A stretch of DNA of 64,000 nt from Bacteroidaceae bacterium (GTDB lineage Bacteria > Spirochaetota > Spirochaetia > Sphaerochaetales > Sphaerochaetaceae), in the NCBI GenBank assembly GCA_963599445.1, contig CAVBWZ010000012.1, positions 11,811-75,810 of the forward strand, given 5' to 3'. This document shows, in pieces, positions 19,727-29,271 of the stretch. The notes beneath the pieces were generated by a model, which worked only from the letters and a program-made list of their open reading frames with translations, did not search any database and had not been told where the DNA came from. How positions within the stretch are numbered: position 1 is the stretch's first letter; each line of letters opens with the position of its first letter. The translations under genes were made by a program, and so were the position numbers.

Positions 19727-19915
19727 GCCTGCACCACCTAAGGAAATGGAACATGAACCGAAAAATTGATCGAGCAAAACTATTTACATAGGAGATTCAT
19801 CAAATGAGTATTCATAATCCAAAACGAAAGCGCAGCGTTACTTGTTCCATGTTGCTGGACGGCCAGGACAGCGATTCTGTTGCCCTGGAAGTCTCAAAGA
19901 TATTTCCATATTTTT

Positions 19916-20304
19916 GGTTCTTCACGGAAAGTTCGGGGATTGGGAGATGGGAATCGAAGGAGATCATCCGGCCTTGGGCTGTCGGGGCTCTCTGGGCGTT
20001 TGGGGCCTATGGGGCCGTTAGGGCTGTTGAAGGCTGTTTAAACAATAGAGGTATCTGAGGCTTTTAAGATGGTTGCGGCGCTTGTGGCGGATGAGACGCC
20101 TAAGGCGCTTCAAGACGGTTGAAGTAGAGCGCTTCAGAGCGTGCCTGAATGTACCTGATAGTACCTGAGCGAACCCGAGTGTTCCGCATTTCCAAATCCA
20201 GACTGTTCTAGAGTGGCACGAGCGGCTAGAACGGCTGGAACGTCCAGTTGAACAATGGAGGCACTGCGGCTTGTTTCAAATCCCCGACTTTTCCGTGAAG
20301 AGCC
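19916..20304 (+). mobile_element. MITE-like nonautonomous element, copy B (389 bp)
   Basis: Same termini as copy A (GGTTCTTCACGGAAAGTTCGGGG ... CCCCGACTTTTCCGTGAAGAGCC) and same orientation. Confidence 0.7.
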
Positions 20305-20323
20305 TAAATTCTCCTGTTCCCTG

Positions 20324-21904
20324 CTATGTGTATTGATGTGGGTTTTGAGCTTCGTTTACCTTTCTTCTCATTGATTCCATATCGTAGGTGGGTGGGATTG
20401 ATTTCCTTCTTATGAGCTTTGCAGTGATGAGTGTGGTCGTTTCCAAGAAGACTACCGTTCCTGTCATGACGAAGTATGCTGGCCATCCGGCTTGTGGCAG
20501 GTTCGCAAAAGCTGAAAAGAGAGTGTAGAAAAGGCTATAGATGGTGTCACTTGCCCAAAGCAGCATTGGAAGTCTGCCAAGAGCCAGGACGAGAAGACCT
20601 GTTGTCATTGATGCTGCCGCCAGAAGTCCTGCAAGGGGTGATATGAGTATCGCAATGGGATTCCATGAGCCTGTCGTGGCAATCTGGATTGGAGCGCAGA
20701 AGAGCAGAACAATGACCGAGGGCCAGAAGGGCGAGAGAGTTCGCTTTCCTGTGAAGACTGCGATTGGAGAATAGGAGAGATCCTGGAGGAATACTATTGC
20801 CGTAACCGCTGCATAGCCATAGCAGTTGCCAAGGTCTACCATGGAGAAGGGAAAGAGCAGTGCTTGTATGAAGAACGCCGCACATAACCTGCGTTTTGCA
20901 GATTTCATATCCAACGCACCGTCAAACATATCACTGAACATTCCAAAGCAGAACATCATGGATGCTCTTAGAAGCGATGGTCTTGGACCTGCTGTGAATA
21001 CAAACGCTCCAATAAGAAGGAATGACATGAACCTTGCAGCCATTTTGATTCTGTTTTTTCCAATTCCTTCAAGCAGCTTGCAGATTCCTGCAAGTATTCC
21101 AAGGTGCATTCCTGACAATGCCAGAACGTGGGAGCAGCCGCACTTTTGTGCAAGTTCCTTCAAAGGAAAGCCGTAGTCTTCGGACCTTCCCAATAGAAGC
21201 ATGGCGCTCAGGAGGTCGGAATCCTGAGGTGAAGCTCTCGTCCCCAAAAAGGCTTCGCTTCCAAAGAGGCGTCTTTCCAACACTTCTATCAGCGATTCCC
21301 TTATGTCGTTGATTCTGTTTCGTTTGAGAACCTGCAGTTCTTCGAATATGAAAAGCTCATTGCTGAAACGTCCTGTGAGGCGTACCTTTACGCCGTATGA
21401 GACGATGGACTTGGAGGAAGGAGGCTTTCCAATTGCCGTTGCAAGGCCGCTTGCCGTGGCTCTGTAGCTGTGTATGGAGCCGCAGGTGCTGACTTTGAGC
21501 TTTATCATATAGTTGCCTGACGTGGAGAACGATGAGTCCTGCACCAAGGTGCCTTCCAGAATGCAGACCGATTCTTTGGGGAGTGAAGTCCTTAGCTGCG
21601 CTTCCCTTGCTATGATTGATACCATGAACGCTGCGACTGCTATGAATATGATGCAGCGCAGCATCGACATGAAGTTGATGTTCTTTCTGTTTGTAGAGTT
21701 GCCTCTAAACAAAAGGGTGCCGGACGGGGCTAGGGAAACGGCTGCAGCGCCAAGGACCGCTGCCGCAAGCCCCATACCCCGTCCGGCGATGGGAAAGTAT
21801 GATGAGACGATGAGAAACAGAAAGGAGTGGGACAGAAGAAAGGTTTGGGGTAAGGTGTTTCTCACGCTCATACAAAATGAATACGTGGAACTTGCAGCTT
21901 CCAT
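20324..21904 (-). CDS. comEC: ComEC/Rec2 family competence protein (no C-terminal metallo-beta-lactamase domain)
   Basis: Polytopic membrane protein with an OB-like insert and the SGMHLGIL competence-domain motif. At 526 aa it is shorter than full-length ComEC. Confidence 0.7.
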   Translation of the reverse strand: MEAASSTYSFCMSVRNTLPQTFLLSHSFLFLIVSSYFPIAGRGMGLAAAVLGAAAVSLAPSGTLLFRGNSTNRKNINFMSMLRCIIFIAVAAFMVSIIAREAQLRTSLPKESVCILEGTLVQDSSFSTSGNYMIKLKVSTCGSIHSYRATASGLATAIGKPPSSKSIVSYGVKVRLTGRFSNELFIFEELQVLKRNRINDIRESLIEVLERRLFGSEAFLGTRASPQDSDLLSAMLLLGRSEDYGFPLKELAQKCGCSHVLALSGMHLGILAGICKLLEGIGKNRIKMAARFMSFLLIGAFVFTAGPRPSLLRASMMFCFGMFSDMFDGALDMKSAKRRLCAAFFIQALLFPFSMVDLGNCYGYAAVTAIVFLQDLSYSPIAVFTGKRTLSPFWPSVIVLLFCAPIQIATTGSWNPIAILISPLAGLLAAASMTTGLLVLALGRLPMLLWASDTIYSLFYTLFSAFANLPQAGWPAYFVMTGTVVFLETTTLITAKLIRRKSIPPTYDMESMRRKVNEAQNPHQYT

Positions 21905-22065
21905 TCACGGTTTTTGGGTGTGTTTTCTTTGTTTTTAGCATAACTCAATGCAATGCAACGAAATAAAAATTCAAAAAATTTTTCGTGATACCAGCGTGTG
22001 TACTTGAATACGTAGACGTTGGGTACAATTGACTTGCACTGCACTGGTGCTTTAAACTCCAAGGG

Positions 22066-22956
22066 ATGATTTGGGATTTTGACTACAGCTCAGTGTCCGC
22101 AATAGCAAAGCTACTCGAAGAGAACGGCCTTTCCATGACCAAGAAGTTTGGTCAGAACTTCCTTGTATCCCAGCAGGTGTTGGATAGGATAGTCTCTCAG
22201 TGCGGGGACCTTGAAGGGAAAACCGTTTGGGAAGTAGGGCCTGGAATAGGGGCTTTGACCACAAAACTCCTCAAAGCGGGGGCTGTTGTGACATCGTTTG
22301 AGATAGACCATGGCTTCTGTCGCATACTCAGGGAACAGGCTTACAGAGAAGAGCCCCGGTTCAGGCTCATAGAAGGCGATGCCCTCAAGAACTGGAAGGA
22401 GCTATACAACAAGGAAGGCGCCCCCGATGTGATATGCGCAAATCTCCCGTACAACGTAGGCTCAATATTCATAGCCTCACTCATAGAAGGCCGCTGCGTT
22501 CCGCAGCGCATGGTCTATACCCTTCAGAGCGAGGTCGTGCAACGCATGTGCGCCAAGGTGGGTGGCGAGGATTACAGTGGCTTCACGGTTCTTACCAACA
22601 TAGACTACGAGAACAGAGAGGCCTTTAGGATAAAGGCCGGTTGCTTCTTTCCACCTCCAAATGTGGACAGCTCGGTTGTTGTTATGCAGAGACGACAGGA
22701 AAAACTCGTACCTGAAGGACTCGTCCTCCGTTTCATATCGCTTGTACGGGTTCTGTTCTCGCAGAGAAGGAAGACTGTCAAGAACAACCTCAAGGGGATC
22801 GGTCTGACAAGCGATGAGCTTGAGAATGCGCTTTCGGCGGCTGGAATACCTTCAGGTGAACGTGCAGAAAAGCTTTCCATGGACCAGATGGTTACTTTGG
22901 CCCAGGAGCTTGAAGATGCGGCGTATCGCAGTCCCTCCAAGGAGGCATTTGAGTGA
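22066..22956 (+). CDS. rsmA: 16S rRNA (adenine1518/1519-N6)-dimethyltransferase
   Basis: KKFGQNFL, VWEVGPGIGALT and NLPYN motifs. Confidence 0.9.
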   Translation: MIWDFDYSSVSAIAKLLEENGLSMTKKFGQNFLVSQQVLDRIVSQCGDLEGKTVWEVGPGIGALTTKLLKAGAVVTSFEIDHGFCRILREQAYREEPRFRLIEGDALKNWKELYNKEGAPDVICANLPYNVGSIFIASLIEGRCVPQRMVYTLQSEVVQRMCAKVGGEDYSGFTVLTNIDYENREAFRIKAGCFFPPPNVDSSVVVMQRRQEKLVPEGLVLRFISLVRVLFSQRRKTVKNNLKGIGLTSDELENALSAAGIPSGERAEKLSMDQMVTLAQELEDAAYRSPSKEAFE

Positions 22957-24326
22957 ACCTATACATCTACACCCTTGGTTGCCGCTTGAACCAGTGCGAG
23001 AGCGAGGCCGTGGCGGAATCCTTTGAGAAGAGCGGACATGAAGTCCTGAAGCAGTTCGACAACGGATTCGATGGTAGCGGGAAGGTCGCAGACCTTGTCA
23101 TTGTAAATACCTGTACCGTAACGAGCAAGGCGGAGCAGAAGGCTCGCCGTATGATACGGCTCTTTGCTGCAAAGTGCCCTGTCCTTGTGACTGGGTGCTA
23201 TGCCCAGATGGCTGCAAACGAAATCGAAAGGCTTGCCCCAAATGTGGTGGTTCTTCCTCTCTCCCGCAAGCCTGAACTCCTGAGCCTGTCGCAATTTCTG
23301 GAAGGCAGACTCTGCGAATGCTCGCAGCATGCCCTTCTTCACACCCATGAAGCATCCCATCATGCTCTTCTTGAGGCCCTCCGTGAATTTGCAAGCCTCA
23401 AGGTCCCTTTGGGGGAAAACTGCCCTAAGGAGAACAGGTTCGACTATGCACCAAGCGGGTTTACATACCACTGCCGTTCCTATCTCAAGGTCCAGGACGG
23501 GTGCGACAACAACTGCGGCTACTGCCGTGTCCACATAGCCCGCGGACCATCGTCCTTCCTCGATGCGGACATAGCCGTCCAAAGGGCACTTGAAATAGAA
23601 CGACGAGGCTATCACGAGATAGTCCTGACCGGTGTGAACCTTACGATGTACGACCACAATGGAAGGGGATTGGGTGGCCTGATGGAGAAACTTCTCAAGA
23701 ATCTAGGCCAGGATATGCGTTTTAGGCTATCGTCCATGGAACCTGACAATGTGGACGACCTCCTGCTTGAGCAGCTTGCAGACCTTCGTGTGCAGCCTCA
23801 TTTCCACATTCCAATCCAAAGCGCAGCGCCAAAGGTCATGGCAAGGATAAACCGCAACTACAGCCTTGAACACCTTGAGTACGTGGTCAAAAGGCTAAGG
23901 GAGATAAAGGACGATCCGTTCCTTGCGTGCGACATAATCACCGGCCTTCCGGCTGAGGGGGATGAAGAGTTCGAGCAGACCCGTAGGTTCCTCGTGGACA
24001 ACGGCTTTGCCATGATGCACGTCTTCCCTTTCAGTCCTCGCCCGAACACTGCACTTGAGAAGGCCAAGGACAAGGCCCCTGAAAGCGTGAGGGACGAACG
24101 CGCAGCAGTCCTAAGGGCCCTTGCCTTGGAGATGAACCAACGCTATCTGGAACGCCAGGTCGGAAAGCCCGCGGAGGTCATCCTTGAAGAGAACAGAAAC
24201 GGCACTTGGTATGGCCTCACCGGCAACTACATGCGCGTAAAGGCCGATTCCATAGGGCAATCCGCAAAATGCGGAGACCTTGTGAGTGGTGTTGTAACTT
24301 TAACCAATACAGTGAGTTGCAAGTGA
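22953..24326 (+). CDS. mtaB: tRNA t6A37 methylthiotransferase MtaB (radical SAM)
   Basis: TLGCRLNQCESEA N-terminal UPF0004 domain, radical-SAM CDNNCGYC cluster motif and a TRAM-like C-terminus. Confidence 0.8.
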   Translation: MNLYIYTLGCRLNQCESEAVAESFEKSGHEVLKQFDNGFDGSGKVADLVIVNTCTVTSKAEQKARRMIRLFAAKCPVLVTGCYAQMAANEIERLAPNVVVLPLSRKPELLSLSQFLEGRLCECSQHALLHTHEASHHALLEALREFASLKVPLGENCPKENRFDYAPSGFTYHCRSYLKVQDGCDNNCGYCRVHIARGPSSFLDADIAVQRALEIERRGYHEIVLTGVNLTMYDHNGRGLGGLMEKLLKNLGQDMRFRLSSMEPDNVDDLLLEQLADLRVQPHFHIPIQSAAPKVMARINRNYSLEHLEYVVKRLREIKDDPFLACDIITGLPAEGDEEFEQTRRFLVDNGFAMMHVFPFSPRPNTALEKAKDKAPESVRDERAAVLRALALEMNQRYLERQVGKPAEVILEENRNGTWYGLTGNYMRVKADSIGQSAKCGDLVSGVVTLTNTVSCK

Positions 24327-24409
24327 AATACTGGTAAGTTGCAACTGCCTTTATATTGGTGTAGCATTAGTACGAAATGCGTGAAATCTACTAAAGAGGA
24401 AAAAGCTAG

Positions 24410-25336
24410 ATGAAGAGAAAAGACGGAACAAGGGTCAAAGATGCAGATCCAATGTACTGTATCGTTCCATACATAATGAACAAGCGCTACGACGCAATGA
24501 ACATGATTACATTGGACATCCCTGTCATGCCAATAAAGAAGTACCTTAGGGAGAAGAGGCAGGAAGGGAAGTTCGTAAGCCATCTTGGAATCGTCGTGGC
24601 AACATACCTTAGGACCGTGTGCAAGTATCCTCTTCTCAACAGGTTCATAGTCAACAAGAAGATATACGACCGCAAGAACTTCGATGTGGCCATGGTCGTC
24701 CTCAAGGAGGGCGACGGGGACATGGAAGGTACGATGAGCAAGATACGCTTCGACCTCAGCGACAACATCTTCCAGGTCCAGGAGAAGATAGACCACTACA
24801 TAGAGGAGAACCGCAAGGAGACGAACAAGAACTCCACGGACAAGCTCATCAAGAAGCTCCTGAAGATCCCAGGTCTTGCGAACTTTGGCGTAGGGCTTTT
24901 CAAGTGGATGGACAGACGCGGCATCCTCCCTATGAGCGTAATAGATGCAAGTCCTTTCCACACAAGTCTTACCGTGTCAAATCTTGCCAGTATAAAGACC
25001 AACCACATCTACCACCACTGCTATGAGTTTGGAACCACCAGCGTGTTCATAACCATGGGTAATGCAAGGGAGGTCGCCTTTAGGGAGAAGGGCGAAATCG
25101 TGTTCAAGACCTGCCTTCCCCTTGGTGTTGTAATGGACGAGAGGATATGCAGCGGACATTATTTTGCATCGGCGTTCCAGAACATGAAGCGCTATTTCGC
25201 CAATCCTTCGCTTCTTGAAATGTCTCCAGAAGAGGAGAAGGCCTACGAGGAGAGGCTGAGCGAAGGAAAGGAAAGTAAGGCCGATGATTCCATGGAGGCT
25301 TCCAGTGGAGAGGTTTTGGTTACAAGAGGTATCTGA
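24410..25336 (+). CDS. 2-oxoacid dehydrogenase acyltransferase (E2 catalytic domain)-like protein, no lipoyl domain
   Basis: 308 aa. CAT/E2-like layout with DERICSGHYFASAF where E2 enzymes carry DHRxxDG. Confidence 0.45.
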   Translation: MKRKDGTRVKDADPMYCIVPYIMNKRYDAMNMITLDIPVMPIKKYLREKRQEGKFVSHLGIVVATYLRTVCKYPLLNRFIVNKKIYDRKNFDVAMVVLKEGDGDMEGTMSKIRFDLSDNIFQVQEKIDHYIEENRKETNKNSTDKLIKKLLKIPGLANFGVGLFKWMDRRGILPMSVIDASPFHTSLTVSNLASIKTNHIYHHCYEFGTTSVFITMGNAREVAFREKGEIVFKTCLPLGVVMDERICSGHYFASAFQNMKRYFANPSLLEMSPEEEKAYEERLSEGKESKADDSMEASSGEVLVTRGI

Positions 25337-26177
25337 CGCCGTTTGTCCTGGTGAATATGAAGTTCCAAGGGACCTTGCCATAGAGCTCCATGAACTTGAA
25401 TGCACAGGTTCCACGAATGCAATCCTCATGGAGATGGCCCGTAGCGGCGCTTCCATTGGAACCGTTGTCTGGGCCCACAGGCAGGAGGGTGGAAGAGGGC
25501 GTCTTGGACGTTCCTTCTCGTCTCCTGTTGGAGGTGTCTACATAAGCATGCTTGTGCCTTGTCCGCGTGACCCCAAGGACATCGGTTTTGCATTGACTGC
25601 AAAGGCCGGTGTTGCGGTGAGGCGTGCAATCAGGGACGTGTGCGGTGTCCAGTGTGGCATAAAATGGGTCAACGACATAGTGCTGGACGGCCTTAAGGTG
25701 TGCGGGATTCTTGCCCAAATGGTTGCACGTGAAGAAGGAAACGTCGTGGTCGTGGGCATTGGCGTGAACTATGCAACGCCGTTGTCGTGCTTTGCAGAGG
25801 ACCTCAAAGGCGTTGTCGGCTCTTTGTACGATGCGGACAAGGTGCCAGCCAAGGACGTGCCTTCCATGCGAAGCTTCGTGATGGCACTTGTTGCAAACCT
25901 GTACGGCCTTGTGTGCGGCAGAGAGCTTTGTGGTTGCGCTGAAGGCCAAACCATGGAAAACGGTGTGAAAAGCGAGCCTAAATGGCTTTGCGAATACAAA
26001 GGCTCTAGCACAATTCTGGGAAACGAAGTAAAAATAATCCAAGCGGGAGCTGTCGTAGGCGAGGGGCGTGCCGTCCTGATAGACGATGACTGCCACCTTC
26101 ACGTATTGTGCGACGATGGGCGTGAGATTGTCCTTTCCACGGGAGAGGTGAGCGTCAGGAAGAGAGGTTTGAGATGA
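25305..26177 (+). CDS. birA: biotin--[acetyl-CoA-carboxylase] ligase
   Basis: GSTN and Q..GRGRLGRSF..P.GG motifs. ORF opens at ATG 25284. GTG 25305 lies 6 nt after GGAGG. Either start overlaps the upstream gene. Confidence 0.8.
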   Translation: MERFWLQEVSDAVCPGEYEVPRDLAIELHELECTGSTNAILMEMARSGASIGTVVWAHRQEGGRGRLGRSFSSPVGGVYISMLVPCPRDPKDIGFALTAKAGVAVRRAIRDVCGVQCGIKWVNDIVLDGLKVCGILAQMVAREEGNVVVVGIGVNYATPLSCFAEDLKGVVGSLYDADKVPAKDVPSMRSFVMALVANLYGLVCGRELCGCAEGQTMENGVKSEPKWLCEYKGSSTILGNEVKIIQAGAVVGEGRAVLIDDDCHLHVLCDDGREIVLSTGEVSVRKRGLR

Positions 26178-28027
26178 TAAACAAGGAAGAATGGAAGAGT
26201 TTGGTTCAGAACACCTTGCAGGTGATGTACGAGGAGAGCGGACATGAAGGTGCGCTTTCGCCTGTCGTTCTGCAGGTCCCTCCAAAGCCTGAGATGGGAG
26301 ACCTTGCGTTCCCTCTCTTTGCATATGCAAAGGCCTTCTCGAAGGCTCCAAACATCCTTGCTCAGGAGCTGAGTTCAAGGATCAATGCACTTCCCAGCGG
26401 CTCGAACGCATCCGAACAGGACGTTTCCAAACCAGATGGCGAGGCGTTCGCCCTTGGTCCATACATGAACGTAAGGGTGAACATGGACGATGTCGTCTCC
26501 CAGATGTACGAAAAGATAAAGACCAGCGGTGCTTCCTACGGACACACGGACCTTCTTGGCGCAAAGAAGGTCATGATAGAGTTCAGCTGCCCAAACACCA
26601 ACAAGCCGCTTCACCTTGGACATGTGAGAAACGACTGCATAGGCCAGAGCATGAGCCAGATCCTCAAGGCCTGCGGTGCCAACGTCATGAAGGTGAACCT
26701 CATAAACAACCGTGGTGTGCATATATGCAAGTCCATGCTTGCGTACCAGAAGTTCGGCAACGGGGAGACCCCTCAGTCATCGGGCATAAAAGGCGACCAC
26801 CTTGTTGGCAACTACTACGTGCGCTTTGCACAATGGGAGTCGGACGAACTCAAGAAGGACACAGAGGCCAACATTGCAAAGGGAATGTCCGAGGAAGACG
26901 CAAAGGCCCTTGCCAAGAAGGAGAACGGTCCTGACATGGAAGCCCAGGCTATGCTTCGCAAGTGGGAGCAGGGCGACCCTCAGGTCATGGAGCTGTGGAA
27001 GCTTATGAACGGCTGGACCCTCGATGGCGTTGCACAGACATACGAACGCACAGGCATAAGCTTTGACAAATACTACTACGAAAGCGATACGTACAAGCTT
27101 GGAAAGGACAAGGTCCTCGAAGGGCTTGAAAGGGGCATCTTCCAAAAGGCCGACGACGGTTCCATATACATAGACAACTCCGATATAGGCCTTGATCGCA
27201 AGATCCTCCTAAGGCGTGACGGCACGTCCATCTACATCACACAGGACATTGGAACGGCAATCAACAGGCATGAGGACTGGCCTTTCGACAGCCTTATCTA
27301 CGTTGTTGCAAGCGAGCAGAACTACCACTTCAAGGTCCTATTCCACGTCTTGGACAAACTTGGATACTCGTGGGCCAAGGATCTCCACCACCTTTCATAC
27401 GGTATGGTATTCCTACCTGAAGGCAAGATGAAGAGCCGCGAAGGCACGGTCGTGGATGCAGACGACCTCATCCAGTCCCTCACCGATATGGCAAAGGAGC
27501 AGATTCTTGAGAAGGGCCGCGAGGACGATCTCGACGATGTTGACGAAACGGCACACAAAATAGCCCTTGGAGCTCTGGACTACTACATCCTTCAGTTCAA
27601 TCCAAGCAAGGACTTCGTCTTCAATCCAAAGGAGTCCCTCTCCTTCAACGGCAACACCGGGCCATACCTTCAGTACATGGGGGCCCGCATCTCATCAATG
27701 CTCAGAAAGTACGACGAGGTGGCCTATCGTGACGTGGCGTTCAATCCCGCCGTGCTCTCCCTTGAGGACGAACGCGAAATGCTCAAGATGCTCGCTTCCT
27801 TCCCTGAAGTCGTGGGCAAAGCCTGCAAACAGTACGATCCAAGCATCGTGTGCGCCTTCCTATACGACCTCTCCAAACGGTTCTCACACTGGTACCACGA
27901 CAACCAGATCCTCAAGGCCGATACCCCTGAGCTTGTCAAAGCCCGTGTATCACTATGCGAGATGGTGCTCCAGGTCATGAGGAACGCATTCGACCTCGTA
28001 GGAATTCCGTTCCTAGAGAAGATGTGA
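26174..28027 (+). CDS. argS: arginine--tRNA ligase
   Basis: Class I HIGH variant PNTNKPLHLGHVRN and a C-terminal anticodon-binding domain. 617 aa. Confidence 0.9.
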   Translation: MINKEEWKSLVQNTLQVMYEESGHEGALSPVVLQVPPKPEMGDLAFPLFAYAKAFSKAPNILAQELSSRINALPSGSNASEQDVSKPDGEAFALGPYMNVRVNMDDVVSQMYEKIKTSGASYGHTDLLGAKKVMIEFSCPNTNKPLHLGHVRNDCIGQSMSQILKACGANVMKVNLINNRGVHICKSMLAYQKFGNGETPQSSGIKGDHLVGNYYVRFAQWESDELKKDTEANIAKGMSEEDAKALAKKENGPDMEAQAMLRKWEQGDPQVMELWKLMNGWTLDGVAQTYERTGISFDKYYYESDTYKLGKDKVLEGLERGIFQKADDGSIYIDNSDIGLDRKILLRRDGTSIYITQDIGTAINRHEDWPFDSLIYVVASEQNYHFKVLFHVLDKLGYSWAKDLHHLSYGMVFLPEGKMKSREGTVVDADDLIQSLTDMAKEQILEKGREDDLDDVDETAHKIALGALDYYILQFNPSKDFVFNPKESLSFNGNTGPYLQYMGARISSMLRKYDEVAYRDVAFNPAVLSLEDEREMLKMLASFPEVVGKACKQYDPSIVCAFLYDLSKRFSHWYHDNQILKADTPELVKARVSLCEMVLQVMRNAFDLVGIPFLEKM

Positions 28028-28057
28028 GCGCTGAATAGGCAATACGCGATAATACAT

Positions 28058-28089
28058 GGGCCGCTCCTTTGAGCGGCCTTGTGCTTTTT
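28058..28089 (+). terminator. rho-independent terminator of argS
   Basis: GGCCGCTC / GAGCGGCC stem followed by TTGTGCTTTTT. Confidence 0.7.
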
Positions 28090-28110
28090 ATGGATTATGT
28101 CAATTGATTC

Positions 28111-28433
28111 GGCTCTTCACGCTTTTTCCGGGATGAATCCCTGACGGGGGGGGGTGAGGTGCCATCATGGGGGAGTGAAGAGCATGTCCGAAATGACATG
28201 AAAACAGTGAAAAAGCGCTTTTCTAGGCAAAACCATGCACACAGACAACTAAAGCAAGGTCTTTTATGTCATCATGCATGTCATGCGAGGCGCCTTGTTG
28301 GAGTAAAGGAAGGACGATGATGCAGGAAGTTGCCCATAGAAGTCCGTTCCAAGCGCTTTATGGGCAACTAAGTGCCCATAAATGCAGAAAAAAGGGAATT
28401 TATGGGTAACTTTCCGACCCTTCTGTGAAATCG
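28111..28433 (-). mobile_element. MITE-like element, copy D (one end degenerate)
   Basis: Starts GGCTCTTCACG. Residues 28111-28290 align with copy C (47869-48060), including GAAATGACATGAAAAC...TTTCTAGGCAAAAC. The far end is only CTTTCCGACCCTTCTGTGAAATCG. Confidence 0.55.
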
Positions 28434-28473
28434 TCCGTAGAATCTACATACGTCTGCAAGTTGGATTTTCATG

Positions 28474-29085
28474 CTATACGGAGAAACCGTTGTTTGTCTT
28501 GACTTCAAACAGCATCAGTAGGTTGTCCACGAGGCGGTTGAGCTCCCAGTCCGTGTCTTCACAGCCTAAGGCTGTGGCCGCCTCCTGTGTGGCTGCGAGC
28601 TTTGCAAGACAGTTCTGGACCGCACTTGAGAAAAGCTCCCCTGCGGCATCGGTGTCTGGAATGTTCAGCCAACTGCGCTGTACGCAGTATTCGAGCGCCA
28701 CTTTGACTCGGGCTGTGATCATGGACTCAAGCCCGTGCGCTGCAGAGGCGAAGCCTTTGTCGTAGAGCCTTTGCTGCTGGACCACAGCGTAGTAGTGGGA
28801 AAGCGGTGGCTCAGCGAACGTTTCAATGAAGCTTTCAATCAACGAGACTAAAAGCTCCTGGGCGTCCTTTGCCTTGAAATCAACCAGAAACGTCTTCTTT
28901 GCAAGTATGTCATGGCAGTGGTCCATCATGCTTTGGATTATATCGTCCTTGCTTTTGAAGTGGCTGTAGAGGCTGGACTTCCTAAGCCCTGTCGCTGTCG
29001 CTATGTCAAGGATGCTTACGTTTGCAAGACCCTTTTCGCAACCAAGCTCCAGCGTCTTTAGGATTATGTCTTCGTTCGTGTTCAT
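28474..29085 (-). CDS. TetR/AcrR family transcriptional regulator
   Basis: HTH: IILKTLELGCEKGLANVSILDIATATGLRKSSLYSHFKSKDD. Confidence 0.9.
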   Translation of the reverse strand: MNTNEDIILKTLELGCEKGLANVSILDIATATGLRKSSLYSHFKSKDDIIQSMMDHCHDILAKKTFLVDFKAKDAQELLVSLIESFIETFAEPPLSHYYAVVQQQRLYDKGFASAAHGLESMITARVKVALEYCVQRSWLNIPDTDAAGELFSSAVQNCLAKLAATQEAATALGCEDTDWELNRLVDNLLMLFEVKTNNGFSV

Positions 29086-29152
29086 TGTCGTTTCTCCTGT
29101 ATTTTGGTGGACACCTTCAAGTCCTCTTGAAGTCCTATATCACCAATATATG

Positions 29153-29170
29153 CGAACGAATGTTCGTTCG
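29153..29170. promoter_or_regulatory. perfect palindrome, candidate TetR operator
   Basis: CGAACGAA-TG-TTCGTTCG lies in the divergent region between tetR (28474-29085, -) and rplU (+). Confidence 0.45.
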
Positions 29171-29271
29171 TCAAGAGCGTTTTCCCGCATTTTCCAATGG
29201 AATGCTATGGAACAAGGACATCGGTTTTGGGTATAAAGCCAAGGAAATCAAATTTTAAGGATGTGTTTTCA

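Noticed and set aside
25320-26378. 352-aa minus-strand ORF (the longest unassigned ORF in the track)
   Set aside because: It is antisense to birA and the start of argS, both of which have strong family motifs. Its product is Arg/His/Pro/Ser-rich and low complexity, with no RBS. It is a typical shadow ORF. The same reasoning applies to 713-1270(-), 1743-2477(-), 22959-23657(-), 24227-24961(-), 37830-38807(-) and similar.
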